A DNA stretch of 64,000 bases from Eubacteriales bacterium (GTDB taxonomy: Bacteria; Bacillota; Clostridia; Oscillospirales; CAG-272), in the NCBI GenBank assembly GCA_045652425.1, contig JAZRUG010000019.1:644-64643 (forward strand). Direction: 5' to 3'. Both the position numbers and the translations under genes were made by a program. Below the pieces are notes generated by a model. The model ran no database searches and was not told the DNA's origin. It saw only the letters and a list, made by a program, of their open reading frames with translations. This document shows positions 36,713 to 46,839 of the stretch, piece by piece; within the stretch, counting starts at the first letter, position 1, and each line of letters opens with the position of its first letter.

Positions 36713-38095
36713 ATGAAGCATATCTCACTCGGTACCCCTAACCCTAAACAAGCGGAATTCCTTTCGGATACACACAAATTCGTCGCTTTCGGCGGCGCCA
36801 GAGGCGGCGGTAAATCCTGGGCGGTCAGGGTTAAGGCTATTTTACTCGCGCTGAAGTTCGGCGGTATAAAGCTGCTTATAGTAAGAAAAACGCTCACCGA
36901 ACTGCGAAACAACCATATCGAACCGCTTATCAGGCTTACAAACGGTATCGCTTCTTTCAGCGAATCAAAAAAAGAGCTTCTCTTTAATAACGGCTCGGTT
37001 ATACGCTTTGGTTACTGCTCCTGTCAGGCTGACCTTACTCAATATCAAGGCTCCGAATGGGACGTTATCTTTCTCGACGAGGCTACACAGCTTCGCGAAG
37101 AATGGTTCGACGAGCTAAAGGTTACGGTGCGTGGCGTAAACGACTTCCCCAAGCGCGTCTATCTTACCTGTAACCCCGGCGGCGTCGGGCATGGTTGGGT
37201 AAAGAGGTTATTTATCGACCGCGTTTACAAAGAGGGCGAAGATGCCGCCGATTATAGCTTTATTCGTTCCCTCGTTACCGACAATAAAGCTCTTACAGAC
37301 AAAAACCCCGACTACGTAAAACAGCTATCTTCTCTGCCGCCAAAACTGAAAAAGGCTTGGCTTGAGGGCGATTGGAACATCTTTGAAGGACAGTTCTTCG
37401 AGGACTTTACCGATGCCCCCGAGCATTACGAGGACAGGCTCTATACCAACGTTATCGAGCCTTTTGAGGTGCCTGACGGCTGGAATATCTTTCGCTCGTT
37501 TGACTGGGGATTCTCAAAGCCCTTCGACTGCTCGTGGTGGGCGGTCGATTATGACGGCAGAGCTTATCTTATCTTACAACTCTACGGCTCAAACGGCGTT
37601 CCTAACGAGGGGGTTAAGTGGCACGCGGAAAAAGTCTTTTCGGAAATACACCGTATCGAAACGGAACACCGTTGGCTCAAAAATAAGCGCATTATCGGCG
37701 TAGCGGACCCGTCTATTTGGAGCCAGGACGGCGGTGAGCCTATTATTGCCGCCGCTGACAGACATCAGGTATATTTCCAAAAGGCTGACAACAGCCGTAT
37801 CCCCGGTTGGATGCAGGTGCATTATAGACTCTCCTTTGATAACGATGGTAAGCCTATGGTTTATTTTTTCAACACCTGTAAAAATGCTATACGCACACTG
37901 CCACTCTTGCAGTACAGTAAGGTCAATCCCGAAGACCTCGACACCTCGCAGGAGGACCATTTCGCCGACTCGTTCAGATATTTCTGTATGTCGCGCCCCA
38001 TTAAGCCGAAAGAATCCTTGCACTACACAATCCCCCCCGCCGATCCTCTTAATTTGCTCGGAAGCGAACGGTATAAGACCTATTCTTATGTATAA
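36713..38095 (+). CDS. terL: Phage terminase large subunit
   Basis: 460 aa. Walker A FGGARGGGKS, Walker B-like VIFLDEATQL, and a C-terminal nuclease-type acidic motif (EDHFADSFRY). Confidence 0.9.
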   Translation: MKHISLGTPNPKQAEFLSDTHKFVAFGGARGGGKSWAVRVKAILLALKFGGIKLLIVRKTLTELRNNHIEPLIRLTNGIASFSESKKELLFNNGSVIRFGYCSCQADLTQYQGSEWDVIFLDEATQLREEWFDELKVTVRGVNDFPKRVYLTCNPGGVGHGWVKRLFIDRVYKEGEDAADYSFIRSLVTDNKALTDKNPDYVKQLSSLPPKLKKAWLEGDWNIFEGQFFEDFTDAPEHYEDRLYTNVIEPFEVPDGWNIFRSFDWGFSKPFDCSWWAVDYDGRAYLILQLYGSNGVPNEGVKWHAEKVFSEIHRIETEHRWLKNKRIIGVADPSIWSQDGGEPIIAAADRHQVYFQKADNSRIPGWMQVHYRLSFDNDGKPMVYFFNTCKNAIRTLPLLQYSKVNPEDLDTSQEDHFADSFRYFCMSRPIKPKESLHYTIPPADPLNLLGSERYKTYSYV

Positions 38096-38600
38096 CCTAC
38101 TTTCTTTAAGGAAGAAAGTAGGCAAAGAACCTTTTAATAATGGGTTTGTTCCACTTTTTATTATTTGTACGAGCATTATTATATATCTGTAGGGGAGGGG
38201 TCTCCCCTCCCGTTCTCGTCTTGCAAGAAGAAAGCAGGCAAAGAACCTTTTGATAATGGGTTTGTGCAGTAATATTAAGTAAGCAGGTTCTTTGTCTTGC
38301 CCTCTCCTGACGGGGAGGGTGGCTCGGCAAAACAAAATAAACAATAGGAATGTATATGAAACTTGCCGAGACGGGTGGAGAGAGAATGTATGGTTTTCCA
38401 CAACTCCACCGCTATGCGCTAAAAAGCAATATGTTGGTTCATAGACAATTTATTATTCTAAATTATTTGATTTCTCTCCTTCCTCCTTGGCTAAAAATCG
38501 GATTTTTCCTTAAACAAAACTTAAAAGAAGAAAAATCCGATTTTCTTAACGCCAATTCCTCCTCCCCCGTCAGGAGGAGGCAAGATATTATTTCTTCGTA
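38096..38600. repeat. Host repeat modules inside the phage block (H1, H2, H5, H2, then M1 copy 2 at 38300-38580)
   Basis: H1 starts on the base after the terL stop. M1 ends are CCCTCTCCTGACGGGGAGGGTGG and CCTCCTCCCCCGTCAGGAGGAGG. Confidence 0.85.
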
Positions 38601-38688
38601 TATTATTGTTTGCAAACAGAGGTAAGATTTTACACTTACCGAAAAAACTGTAACATTACAATTTTAATTCAGAAAGGGTAATCATATT

Positions 38689-40626
38689 ATGAAAAAGAAC
38701 AAGAAAAACAATAACAAAAATAAAAATACACAGCCTGACCTTATGGCTGTCAACTCCATTTATTACACAAAAAAGCCAGAGGCTATGCTTCCGAAAGACT
38801 TTGTACCGAATAAAATCGGGCAAAAGCATCTTGACAAAGCTTTTTCGCTCCTTAAAGCCTATAAGGCGGGTAAAACCAACCTCGAAAAGCGCATTATCGA
38901 AAACGACCTTTGGTGGAAAATGCGCCATTGGGAGCAAATTCGCGACCGCAGCCGCAAATACAGCCCCGCTTCCGCTTGGCTCTTCAACTCTATCGCCAAC
39001 AAACACGCCGACGTTATGGACAACACTCCCGAGGCTATCATTCTTCCGCGCGAGCAAAGCGATTCCAATGCCGCAAAGCAGCTTACCGATATATTGCCCG
39101 TTATCCTCGAACAAAACAACTTCGAGCAGGTATATTCTGACGTTTGGTACGATAAGCTCAAGGGCGGTACGGGTGTCTACGGAGTATTCTGGGACCCTTC
39201 AAAAAACAACGGCACCGGCGATATAACCGTTACCCGATGCGATATACTCAATCTCTTTTGGGAACCCGGTATCTCCGACATTCAATCTTCCCCTAACCTC
39301 TTCCACGTTGAGCTTTTCAACAACGATATTCTTGAAGCCCGTTATCCCGAGCTTCACGGCAAACTCGGCGCGTCAACCTTTGATATTACCAAATACGCCT
39401 ACGATGACTCGGTCGATACATCTAACAAAACTCCCGTAATCGACTGGTATTACAAGGTCAACGACGGCGGTAAAACCGTTCTCCACCTTTGTAAGTTCTG
39501 TTCCGACGTTATCCTCTACTCCTCCGAAAATGATATTAACCTTTATAAAAAGGGCTACTATGACCATGGACTCTATCCCTTCGTCTTCGACAAACTCTTT
39601 CTTGAGCAAGGCACCCCTTGCGGATTCGGTTACATAGACGTTATGAAAGATACGCAGACGCAAATTGACCTTATGAGCGCCTCCGTATGCGAAAACGTGC
39701 GTATGGCTTCAACCGTGCGTTATTTTGCGCGGGGCGACGGCTCTGTTAACGAAAAGGAGTTCGCCGACTGGTCAAATCCTATCGTTCACTACACGGGTTC
39801 CGGTAACCCCAACGATTCTATGATTCCCATTAACGTTCCCGAAGTTTCTTCCCTTTCGGTTGCCTTTATCAACAACAAAATTAACGAGCTTAAAGAAACT
39901 ACGGGTAACTCTGACTTTACAAGAGGTAATACCGCCGCGGGTGTTACTGCCGCTTCGGCTATCGCCGCCCTTCAGGAGTCGGGCAGTAAGCTTTCAAGAG
40001 ATATGATTAAAGGCTCATATCGCGTATTCGTCAGCCTTAACAATATCATTATCGAGCTTATAAGACAGTTCTACGACCTGCCCAGAGCCTTTCGTATAAC
40101 GGGCGATAACGGCGAATTCAACTTCGTTTCATACTCAAACGAGCTTCTCCGCCCCACCGAATACAGCGATAAGTTCGGCCTTGACCTCGGCTCTCGTTTG
40201 CCCGTATTTGACATAAAGGTTAAAGCCCAGAAGCAGTCCGCCTTTACCAAACTTTCGCAGAATGAACTGGCAAAAGAGTTTTATAGACTCGGATTCTTTG
40301 AACCCGCCCGCGCCGAACAAACTCTCGCTTGTCTTGATATGATGGAATTCGAGGGCAAAAACCTCGTCGCTGAAAAAATAAACGAGAAAAACGCCTTTGT
40401 TAATAACTATAACGAAATGTATGCAAAGCTCCTTGAACTTTCGACTATCGTTGAAAACGACCACCCCGACCTAAAGGGGTTGGTTAACGGATACGCTGCT
40501 AAATTCGCCGTAAACGAAAACGGCGGTAATTCAGTCGCTTCTAACTATTCAAAAAATACCGCAAAGAAAGTTTCGCGTATCGAAGCCGCAAGACAAAGGG
40601 CGGCATCTACTGCTACACCGAGATAA
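38689..40626 (+). CDS. Phage portal protein
   Basis: 645 aa, positioned after terL. Size and acidic/aromatic core are typical of portals. A strong GC hairpin follows at 40636-40668. Confidence 0.65.
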   Translation: MKKNKKNNNKNKNTQPDLMAVNSIYYTKKPEAMLPKDFVPNKIGQKHLDKAFSLLKAYKAGKTNLEKRIIENDLWWKMRHWEQIRDRSRKYSPASAWLFNSIANKHADVMDNTPEAIILPREQSDSNAAKQLTDILPVILEQNNFEQVYSDVWYDKLKGGTGVYGVFWDPSKNNGTGDITVTRCDILNLFWEPGISDIQSSPNLFHVELFNNDILEARYPELHGKLGASTFDITKYAYDDSVDTSNKTPVIDWYYKVNDGGKTVLHLCKFCSDVILYSSENDINLYKKGYYDHGLYPFVFDKLFLEQGTPCGFGYIDVMKDTQTQIDLMSASVCENVRMASTVRYFARGDGSVNEKEFADWSNPIVHYTGSGNPNDSMIPINVPEVSSLSVAFINNKINELKETTGNSDFTRGNTAAGVTAASAIAALQESGSKLSRDMIKGSYRVFVSLNNIIIELIRQFYDLPRAFRITGDNGEFNFVSYSNELLRPTEYSDKFGLDLGSRLPVFDIKVKAQKQSAFTKLSQNELAKEFYRLGFFEPARAEQTLACLDMMEFEGKNLVAEKINEKNAFVNNYNEMYAKLLELSTIVENDHPDLKGLVNGYAAKFAVNENGGNSVASNYSKNTAKKVSRIEAARQRAASTATPR

Positions 40627-40723
40627 GTGTTTTTCAAGAGGGGGCTTTTTGAGAAAAGCCCCCCTCTTAAACTCCACCGAAAACTTTAAATAACACCGAT
40701 TTAATAAGGAGAGTGATTTCACC

Positions 40724-41071
40724 TTGGCTGAACGCAGAATGTTCGCAAAATCCGTTATCGACAGCGACGATTTTCTTGAATTGTCCCTTACGGCTCAAGC
40801 GCTTTATTTCCACCTTGCTATACGCGCCGACGACGACGGATTTATCAATAACCCAAAAAGAATCCAACGTATGATTGATTCTAAAGACGATGACCTCAAA
40901 GAGCTTGAAAAAAGAGGTTTTATTTTTTACTTTACAAGCGGTGTCGTCGTTATCACTCATTGGAAATTGCATAATTACATAAAAAAAGACCGTTATAAAC
41001 CAACTATCCATAAAGATGAAATTGAATCACTTAATTGCACCGAAAACGGTACTTATGAATGGTATTATTGA
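40724..41071 (+). CDS. Phage replisome-organizer N-terminal domain protein (short, 115 aa)
   Basis: RRMFAKSVIDSDDFLELSLTAQALYFHLAIRADDDGFINNPKRI matches the conserved N-terminus of phage replisome organizer / DnaD-like initiators. TTG start with AGGAGAG upstream. The usual C-terminal domain is missing. Confidence 0.6.
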   Translation: MAERRMFAKSVIDSDDFLELSLTAQALYFHLAIRADDDGFINNPKRIQRMIDSKDDDLKELEKRGFIFYFTSGVVVITHWKLHNYIKKDRYKPTIHKDEIESLNCTENGTYEWYY

Positions 41072-41120
41072 TTCTTTTATTTTTTGTCATTTTTACCAAA
41101 CGTTTTTTTAGCGGTGTGTA

Positions 41121-41324
41121 TGGAACCATCTTGGAACCATTTTGGAACCACAGTATAGTATAGGTTAGCAGAGATAAGATTAAGTGAGTAAAGAAAAGAA
41201 AAGAATAGAATAGTATAGTTCATATATAGTATATGTGAGTATACAGTTAGGGGCCGACCTTGGAACCGATAATTCCGCAGTTTTCCACACAGTTTTCAAC
41301 ACCCTTTCCACACAGTTTTCCACA
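41121..41324. other. Origin-like patch: TGGAACC iterons, an AT-rich tract and tandem DnaA-box-like repeats
   Basis: TGGAACCAT, TGGAACCAT and TGGAACCAC at 41121, 41132 and 41143 (11-bp phasing), plus TGGAACCGA at 41261. An AT-rich stretch spans 41152-41250. CAGTTTTCCACA / CAGTTTTCAACA / CCCTTTCCACA / CAGTTTTCCACA lie head to tail at 41278-41324. Confidence 0.55.
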
Positions 41325-41356
41325 ACAACACCTTTGGTAATATTGACGAAGCTTTT

Positions 41357-41640
41357 TTGAGGCGTACGTTATATACAATAGAGATATTGTTTGTTCAGAT
41401 TTGCTTATACGGAGATTCCTCACCTTCGCTCGAAATAACTATAGGGGAAATGCTTGTACAAATAACATTAAGCAGTCATTCTGAATGTAGCGACCGAAAA
41501 GAGGCGGAATCGAAGAATCCCATTATTCTTATATATAACCTTATGGAATCCTTCGACTTCGAGGGCGTTGCCCTCTTCGTTCAGGATAACTATATTATAC
41601 GTTTGTGCGAACTTCTTAAAATTTTTCTGCCATTAACTCT
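41357..41640. repeat. Host repeat modules inside the phage block (divergent element E copy 3 at 41475-41590)
   Basis: GTCATTCTGAATGTAGCG...CGAAGAATCCC...GGAATCCTTCGACTTCGAGGGCGTTGCCCTCTTCGTTCAGGATAAC. Confidence 0.75.
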
Positions 41641-41730
41641 ACTTTGGGGAGAGTTTTATTAGAATGTATGTTATAATATCACCCGAGATAACACAAAACT
41701 CTGACACTTCGGAAAGGAACGATGTATTTT

Positions 41731-42546
41731 ATGAAAAAACAAAATCTCTTTAGTATCGGTTTGCAGTTCTTTGCTGAAAATGACGTTAGCGATAACACTA
41801 ACGTCAATACGGGTGCCGCATCACCCGAAGCAGCAGAAAACACCAACGGTCAAACTCCTGTCGCAGAATTCGACGACAATCAGTTAGAAATGGAGTTCGA
41901 ACAGCTCATCAAGGGCGGTAAGTACGAAAACGCTTTCAAAAAACGCACACAGGGCATTATCGACAAGCGTTTCAAAGGTTACAAGTCCCTCGAAGAGTCT
42001 GTGGCTAAACAACAGCCTTTAATCGATTTTCTCTCCGCCAAGTACGGAATCGACTCCTCTGACACGTCTGCCCTGCTTGAAAAAATGCAGAACGAAGCAA
42101 AAGAACCTAACACACAAAAAGAGAACAACGCAGATGCGCGTAATCAATCTATCAGAGAATCTTTTTTAGCCCAAAAAGCTAAAGCTCTTTCGCAACGATG
42201 GACTGACGAGGGTGAACAGCTAAAAAAACTCTTTCCTTCTTTTAATTTCAAAAACGAGCTTAAAAACCCCGTCTTCTCCTCACTTCTCAAAAGCGGTATG
42301 CCTCTTTCAAAAGCATATACGGCGGCTCATTCCGATGAAATACTCAAAAGCGCCGTTTCATCTACCGCCAAGAAGGTTGCCGAGCAAACTCTAAAATCCA
42401 TACGCGCTAACGGCAGTCGCGTTGCCGAAAACGGACTTCATAACGGCGCAGGTACAGTCCGTAAAACAGACGTATCTTCCCTTACGGGTAAAGAAATACG
42501 CTCTATTATCAAGCAGGTCGAAAACGGCTCAAAAATCAGACTTTAA
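41731..42546 (+). CDS. Phage scaffolding protein
   Basis: MKKQNLFSIGLQFFAEN has an LQFFA-type N-terminus. The protein is acidic and helical and sits directly before the capsid gene. The track start is at 41722. Confidence 0.6.
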   Translation: MKKQNLFSIGLQFFAENDVSDNTNVNTGAASPEAAENTNGQTPVAEFDDNQLEMEFEQLIKGGKYENAFKKRTQGIIDKRFKGYKSLEESVAKQQPLIDFLSAKYGIDSSDTSALLEKMQNEAKEPNTQKENNADARNQSIRESFLAQKAKALSQRWTDEGEQLKKLFPSFNFKNELKNPVFSSLLKSGMPLSKAYTAAHSDEILKSAVSSTAKKVAEQTLKSIRANGSRVAENGLHNGAGTVRKTDVSSLTGKEIRSIIKQVENGSKIRL

Positions 42547-42674
42547 TTTGAGTGTGTTTTTTTCAAAATACACTCGCAGTTTAAAACGGTTCAAAAATCA
42601 GACTTTGACACGCTTTCTATCCTGTGTCTTCTGCGCATTTTTTCACACATTTCACGTAAAGGAGATTATTTATT

Positions 42675-44009
42675 ATGGAAAACATTACTACATACGGTGC
42701 AAACACAGCAGTACACGGTACTGACGGTATGGTTAACGCCCAGAGCGGTGTTACCTCTTCCTATAACAACGGCGGTCTTTCCGCTGAAATGAAAACTTTT
42801 TACGATAAAACGCTTATCGAACTTGCAACACCCAACCTCGTTCACATGCAGTTCGGTCAGAAGCGCCCTATCCCCCCTCACGGCGGTAAAACCGTTGAGT
42901 TCCGCAGAATGAAGCCCCTCGCTAAAAACCTTAACGCTATTACCGAGGGTATCACTCCCGCCGGTACAAAAATGACCGTCGTTCCCCTCACCGCTACTCT
43001 TAACCAGTACGGCGACTACATCGAACAGACTGACCTTATCGAAATGACTGCTATCGACAATACGGTTATCGAAGCTACAAAGCTCCTCGCTGACCAGGCA
43101 GGCAGAACTATCGATACTATCGTCAGAGATGTACTCCAGACAGGTACAAACGTTAACTACTGCTCAAGCGAAAAGAACGGCGCTATCGTTGTTAATACTT
43201 CTCGTTCTGCCCTCGACAAGAACGCAAAACTCCGCGTTGTTGACGTATTCAAGGCTGCCGCACAGCTTAAGGCTGTTAACGCTCCTACTATCGACGGCAA
43301 GTACGTCGCTATTATTCACCCCCACGTCGCTTTCGACTTGATGCAGGAATCAGGCGATGCTTGGGTTGACATCAAAAAGTACGCAGAACCCGAAAAGATT
43401 CTTAACGGCGAACTCGGTACTCTCGGCGGCGTTAGATTCGTTGAGTCCTCCGAAGCTAAAATCAACTACGGAAAGGACCTCTCCGAAACCGCCCGTACAC
43501 TTACTCCCACGGCATATACCGCCAACGGTAACGGCTCCGTTTCCGACGGCTGCGGCTCTAAATCTGCTTATCAGATTACTGTTAACGAAAGCATCTCTCC
43601 CGACCTCGTCGGCAGAACTCTTCAGTACTATGATGCAAGCGAAGATAAGGCAGTAAACTTTAAGGTTGTCGGCGTTAACGTCGAATCGAAGTTCATCTTC
43701 GCTGACGCGCCTATCGGTGTTACCTTTGCATCGGGAGATATGCTCTTCCCCGGCGAAGGCGGTAAATTGGGTACTGCTACCTATTCAACTATCTTCCTCG
43801 GCGCCGATGCCTACGGTATCATCGATATTAACGGCACGGGTACAATCGAGCATATCGTTAAGCAGAGAGGCTACGGAAACGATCCCCTTAACCAGAGAAG
43901 CTCTATCGGTTGGAAAGCATTTATGTGCGCTTCTATCCTCGCCGATGACTATATCCTCCGCGTTGAGTCCGGCTCTTCCTTCTCCGACGATATCTCCGAA
44001 GCCAACTAA
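42675..44009 (+). CDS. Major capsid protein (N4-gp56-like, HK97 fold)
   Basis: 444 aa. KTVEFRRMKPLAKNLNAITEGITPAGTKMTVVPLTATLNQYGDYIEQTDL resembles the N4-gp56 capsid family, and it follows the scaffold gene. Confidence 0.75.
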   Translation: MENITTYGANTAVHGTDGMVNAQSGVTSSYNNGGLSAEMKTFYDKTLIELATPNLVHMQFGQKRPIPPHGGKTVEFRRMKPLAKNLNAITEGITPAGTKMTVVPLTATLNQYGDYIEQTDLIEMTAIDNTVIEATKLLADQAGRTIDTIVRDVLQTGTNVNYCSSEKNGAIVVNTSRSALDKNAKLRVVDVFKAAAQLKAVNAPTIDGKYVAIIHPHVAFDLMQESGDAWVDIKKYAEPEKILNGELGTLGGVRFVESSEAKINYGKDLSETARTLTPTAYTANGNGSVSDGCGSKSAYQITVNESISPDLVGRTLQYYDASEDKAVNFKVVGVNVESKFIFADAPIGVTFASGDMLFPGEGGKLGTATYSTIFLGADAYGIIDINGTGTIEHIVKQRGYGNDPLNQRSSIGWKAFMCASILADDYILRVESGSSFSDDISEAN

Positions 44010-44240
44010 CTTACCTACTTTCTTTGAGGAAGAAAGTAGGCAAAGAACCTTTTGATAAAGGGTTTGTGCCTCTATTTATTATTGGTACAGTCCTACTTTC
44101 TTGAAACAAAGTAGGCAAAGAACCTTTTGATAAAGGGTTTGTGCCACTTTTTATTAACTGTACGAGCATTATTAGATATCTGTAGGGGAGGGGTCTCCCC
44201 TCCCGTTCTCGTCTTGCAAAAAGAAAGCGAGGGGGTATTT
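44010..44240. repeat. Host repeat modules inside the phage block (H1, H2, H1, H2, H5)
   Basis: CCTACTTTCTTTGAGGAAGAAAGTAGGCAAAGAACCTTTTGATAAAGGGTTTGTGCC begins 4 nt after the capsid stop. H5 lies at about 44180-44218. Confidence 0.85.
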
Positions 44241-44412
44241 TCTAATAAAGAATAGCCCCTATTATTACATCTAAAAACATTGCTCTTCTTTAGCTTATAT
44301 AATACAACAATCCCCCCGCCGTTACGCAAAACAACTCTATAAAGAACAACGGCGGGGGAGCTGTTAATTATTTTCTTTATTACAAATCATTTTTTAAAAA
44401 GGAGATTTTTAT

Positions 44413-44625
44413 ATGAAAAAAAACAACAAGGATTTAGTACCCGTTTTTATTCCCTGTCGTTTCAAAGGCGACGACGTTCGCACCGTTTCTGTTAACGGCA
44501 AATACAAGCATATCCCCACCGGTAAACATTTTCTTATCGAAAGATGCTTCGCCGAGGCTGTTTCTAACGCACTCCTTGCAGATGAGTTGGCTGAAAAATT
44601 CAAAGCCTCGGTTTCAAACGACTAA
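44413..44625 (+). CDS. Phage protein, unknown function (70 aa)
   Basis: SD AAAGGAG and position in the head-completion region. Confidence 0.5.
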   Translation: MKKNNKDLVPVFIPCRFKGDDVRTVSVNGKYKHIPTGKHFLIERCFAEAVSNALLADELAEKFKASVSND

Positions 44626-44650
44626 AATCTAAAAAAAGGAGGCTTACACT

Positions 44651-45025
44651 ATGACTCTGAAAGAAGCTATCGTTAAATTCGACACCGAAAAAAGCAACAC
44701 TATCCCTGACGAGCTGAAAATAGGGTGGCTCTCCTCCCTCGACTCATCTGTATTTCACACCCTTGTTTTAACCCACGATAACCCTAATGCCATTACCTTT
44801 TCGCCATATACGCCCGAAACCTCGGAGGATAGTGTCCTCATTATCCCCGAGCCTTTCACCGACATATATTTTCACTATCTTTCAATGAAATCGGACCTTT
44901 ACTACTCCGACATCAACAAATACAACGTTGACCTCTCTCTCTATTCCGCACTTTATCTTGAGTTTGAGCGATTCTACAACAGAAATTATATGCCGAAAAA
45001 AACAACCCACTATTTTAACGTCTGA
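44651..45025 (+). CDS. Phage protein, possible head-tail connector (124 aa)
   Basis: SD AAGGAGG. Position and size only. Confidence 0.45.
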   Translation: MTLKEAIVKFDTEKSNTIPDELKIGWLSSLDSSVFHTLVLTHDNPNAITFSPYTPETSEDSVLIIPEPFTDIYFHYLSMKSDLYYSDINKYNVDLSLYSALYLEFERFYNRNYMPKKTTHYFNV

Positions 45026-45043
45026 CTGTAAGGGGGTAATTTT

Positions 45044-46837
45044 ATGCACTTTCCAAGACTTACACCAACAAAAACTATAGAAAACGTTATAAGCTCATTC
45101 GGCGGTGTCAATACCACCACAAGCTGTCCCGAAAACTGCTTTATTGACACACAAAACACGTCTTCTTCCCTCTACCCCTTACTTTCAACAAGAGAAAGGC
45201 GTTATCTGCTTTCAAACCTTAACGTGATGCCCACGGCACTCCACACGGCAACCGGCGTAACATGTACCGTCGGCACCTCCCTTTACTATAACGGCGTTTT
45301 ACAGTATGACGAGTTATCCCCCGACACCCCCAAACACCTTGTTGCTATGGGGAGAACCATCATCGTCTTTCCCGACGGATATTATATAAACACGTTAGAG
45401 GTTGACAAAAAAGGCAACTGTAAAGAAAAAGGAACCATAACCAACGAGGCAAAATACGGCGGTGGTGAAGTGGTGTCAATTTTTCCTTGTGTCAAAGATC
45501 TTCCCATACCGGTCAGCTCTGACGCTCCGCCTAACCCAACAGAAAATCCTCTTTGGCTCGACAACAGAGACTCACCCGCTACTTTATTGCAATATATGAA
45601 AGAGTCAGACACCTGGGTGGAAGTACAGCCCGACTGTTGTTGCATCGAAATAAATCAAATTGATATATATTTCGTATCAGGCGACGTAATAGAAATACAG
45701 GGACTCGATTCGCGAATAAACGGCAAAGCTAAAGTTCTTAAATGTGATAAAAACAGAATCGTCATTGACAAATACTTTGATACGATTGAAGTATTTGAAA
45801 TATTTGACCAGGCAAACTGCAAAATAAAAAAACTGTTACCCATTATGGACTTTGTATGCGAACATCAGAACCGAATTTTCGGCTGTCGATACGGACTTGA
45901 CCACCTGGGTAACTTCGTTAACGAAATATATGCTTCAAAATTAGGTGCTCCGGGGGATTGGACTTCATTCTACGGCGTATCCACCGACAGCTACACCGCT
46001 TCTTGCGGAAGCGAAGGTCCCTTTACGGGTATCATATCCCACATGGGTTACGTCGTATTTTTCAAGGAAAACAAAATACACAGACTTTTCGGCACCAAGC
46101 CCTCAAACTATACTCTTTACGAGGATTCCTTTACGGGTGTAAAACTGGGCAGCGAAAAGTCCCTCTGTCTGCATAACGGTACTTTGTACTATCACGGAAA
46201 TGACGGTATATATTCGTATGCGGGAAGCACTCCCACACTGCTTTCAAGAGATTTGGGAAACTTATCCTACAAAAATGCCGTAGCGGCTTTTTGCAAAAAC
46301 AAATATTACGTAAGCCTTTTAACTTCAAGCGGTACGCCGATACTTTACGTTTACGACACCGAAAGAAACGTATGGCACCGAGAGGATTCTTCAAGATACA
46401 TCCACATGGGTAAATTTGAAAATAATATCCTCGGTTTAAAAGAAGAAAACGGCAAGTATTCCGCTGAACTTGTCGTAGGAAATTATATCCCTTACGCTTT
46501 AAGTATGATGCATATCTCTCCAAAAAAAGAAGCAGACTTCGAATGGTATGCGGAAACGTCTGACATAGGCTTTTTCACAGACGATGCAAAAACTTTAACG
46601 AGGCTGTCTCTGCGTCTACAGCTCGATTGGGGAAGCACCTTACGGCTTTATATTATGACGGATTCAAGCGGAATATGGAAGAGCTGCGGTTCGCTTGTCG
46701 GAGGCAAGTTAAAAACGTTTTCACTCAACGTAGCGCCTCCAAGATGTGACCATCTTCGACTGAAATTTGTCGGACGCGGCGGCTGTAAAATTTATTCGCT
46801 CTCCAAAGTATTTGAATATTCGGGAGAGGTGATATAA
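45044..46837 (+). CDS. Phage structural protein (597 aa), tail or adaptor candidate
   Basis: Large ORF after the head genes with SD AAGGGGG. No motif recognised. Confidence 0.5.
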   Translation: MHFPRLTPTKTIENVISSFGGVNTTTSCPENCFIDTQNTSSSLYPLLSTRERRYLLSNLNVMPTALHTATGVTCTVGTSLYYNGVLQYDELSPDTPKHLVAMGRTIIVFPDGYYINTLEVDKKGNCKEKGTITNEAKYGGGEVVSIFPCVKDLPIPVSSDAPPNPTENPLWLDNRDSPATLLQYMKESDTWVEVQPDCCCIEINQIDIYFVSGDVIEIQGLDSRINGKAKVLKCDKNRIVIDKYFDTIEVFEIFDQANCKIKKLLPIMDFVCEHQNRIFGCRYGLDHLGNFVNEIYASKLGAPGDWTSFYGVSTDSYTASCGSEGPFTGIISHMGYVVFFKENKIHRLFGTKPSNYTLYEDSFTGVKLGSEKSLCLHNGTLYYHGNDGIYSYAGSTPTLLSRDLGNLSYKNAVAAFCKNKYYVSLLTSSGTPILYVYDTERNVWHREDSSRYIHMGKFENNILGLKEENGKYSAELVVGNYIPYALSMMHISPKKEADFEWYAETSDIGFFTDDAKTLTRLSLRLQLDWGSTLRLYIMTDSSGIWKSCGSLVGGKLKTFSLNVAPPRCDHLRLKFVGRGGCKIYSLSKVFEYSGEVI

Positions 46838-46839
46838 CT

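Noticed and set aside
40636-40668. GC-rich hairpin after the portal gene considered as an intrinsic terminator
   Set aside because: The stem is strong (AAGAGGGGGCTTTT...AAAAGCCCCCCTCTT) but no U-tract follows on either strand, so I did not call it a terminator.
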